From a virus, in the IMG/VR virus record IMGVR_UViG_3300045988_011356: 5,753 bases of DNA; one strand, 5' to 3'. Shown here piece after piece: positions 5,517 through 5,753 of the stretch (within the stretch, counting starts at the first letter, position 1; every line of letters begins with the position of its first letter). Both the position numbers and the translations under genes were made by a program. A model generated the notes under the pieces. The model was not told where the DNA came from, ran no database searches, and saw only the letters and a program-made list of their open reading frames with translations.

Positions 5517-5639
5517 TTACTCCTTTTCATTTTCGACGGTGCTATCGTGCAGTGCATGATAGATTTCGTCAAGCTTCTCTAGAATCTGCATCATGATGCG
5601 GATAGCCTGCTTGACGTCTTTAATGGAAATAAGCGCCAT
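5517..5639 (-). CDS. Hypothetical small protein, 40 aa
   Basis: Hand translation gives MALISIKDVKQAIRIMMQILEKLDEIYHALHDSTVENEKE*. GGGGGTG lies 5 nt before the ATG, and the ATG is 2 nt after the peptidase stop. The next gene starts 3 nt after its stop. It is below the track cutoff. Confidence 0.45.
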   Translation of the reverse strand: MALISIKDVKQAIRIMMQILEKLDEIYHALHDSTVENEKE

Positions 5640-5641
5640 TT

Positions 5642-5753
5642 TTACACCCCCTTTCTATATTTTTTTTCGCGTACGTCTATATGCGTAAAGTTTGTGTATC
5701 TGATTACGCCGCCTTCTTCCATAATTTTGCTTGCGTATTCTGCTACCTCTTTG
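5642..5753 (-). CDS. 3' end of the same M15 peptidase gene, containing the true stop codon; 5659..5753 duplicates 1..95
   Basis: Minus strand reads ...THIDVREKKYRKGV-TAA with the stop at 5644..5642. The reading frame is continuous with 1..367 once the 95-nt overlap is collapsed: 367 + 17 nt = 128 codons. Confidence 0.9.
   Translation of the reverse strand, partial: KEVAEYASKIMEEGGVIRYTNFTHIDVREKKYRKGV
5659..5753. repeat. Terminal direct repeat, copy 2 (identical to 1..95)
   Basis: See copy 1. Confidence 0.95.

Overview
The window is one complete, circularly closed ssDNA phage genome of the family Microviridae (gokushovirus-like), shown as the reverse complement of its coding strand. Bases 1..95 are identical to 5659..5753, so the unit genome is 5658 nt and the window ends are an arbitrary linearisation point. 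All credible genes are on the minus strand. In transcription order they are: an M15-family peptidoglycan peptidase that spans the junction and is absent from the ORF track, a 40-aa ORF, a 75-aa ORF, a 40-aa arginine/lysine-rich J/VP8-like DNA-binding protein (also absent from the track), a 79-aa VP5-like protein, VP3 scaffold, VP1 major capsid, VP2 pilot/minor capsid, and the VP4 HUH replication initiator. Most gene boundaries overlap or are only a few nt apart. The exception is a ~590-nt non-coding region (368..958), long for so compact a genome. It lies between an intrinsic terminator after VP4 and a sigma70-like promoter before the peptidase. It holds eight exact TTCAACA heptamers in two clusters of four, plus one TTCAACT variant, around a small hairpin. 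It also holds a perfect 15-bp (CG)n-type palindrome and further GC-rich hairpins. The main leads are the endolysin-type peptidase with no recognisable holin, this iteron and hairpin region as a candidate origin, and a Shine-Dalgarno/hairpin/start arrangement between VP1 and VP2. All family assignments rest on motif recognition by eye; no database search was run.
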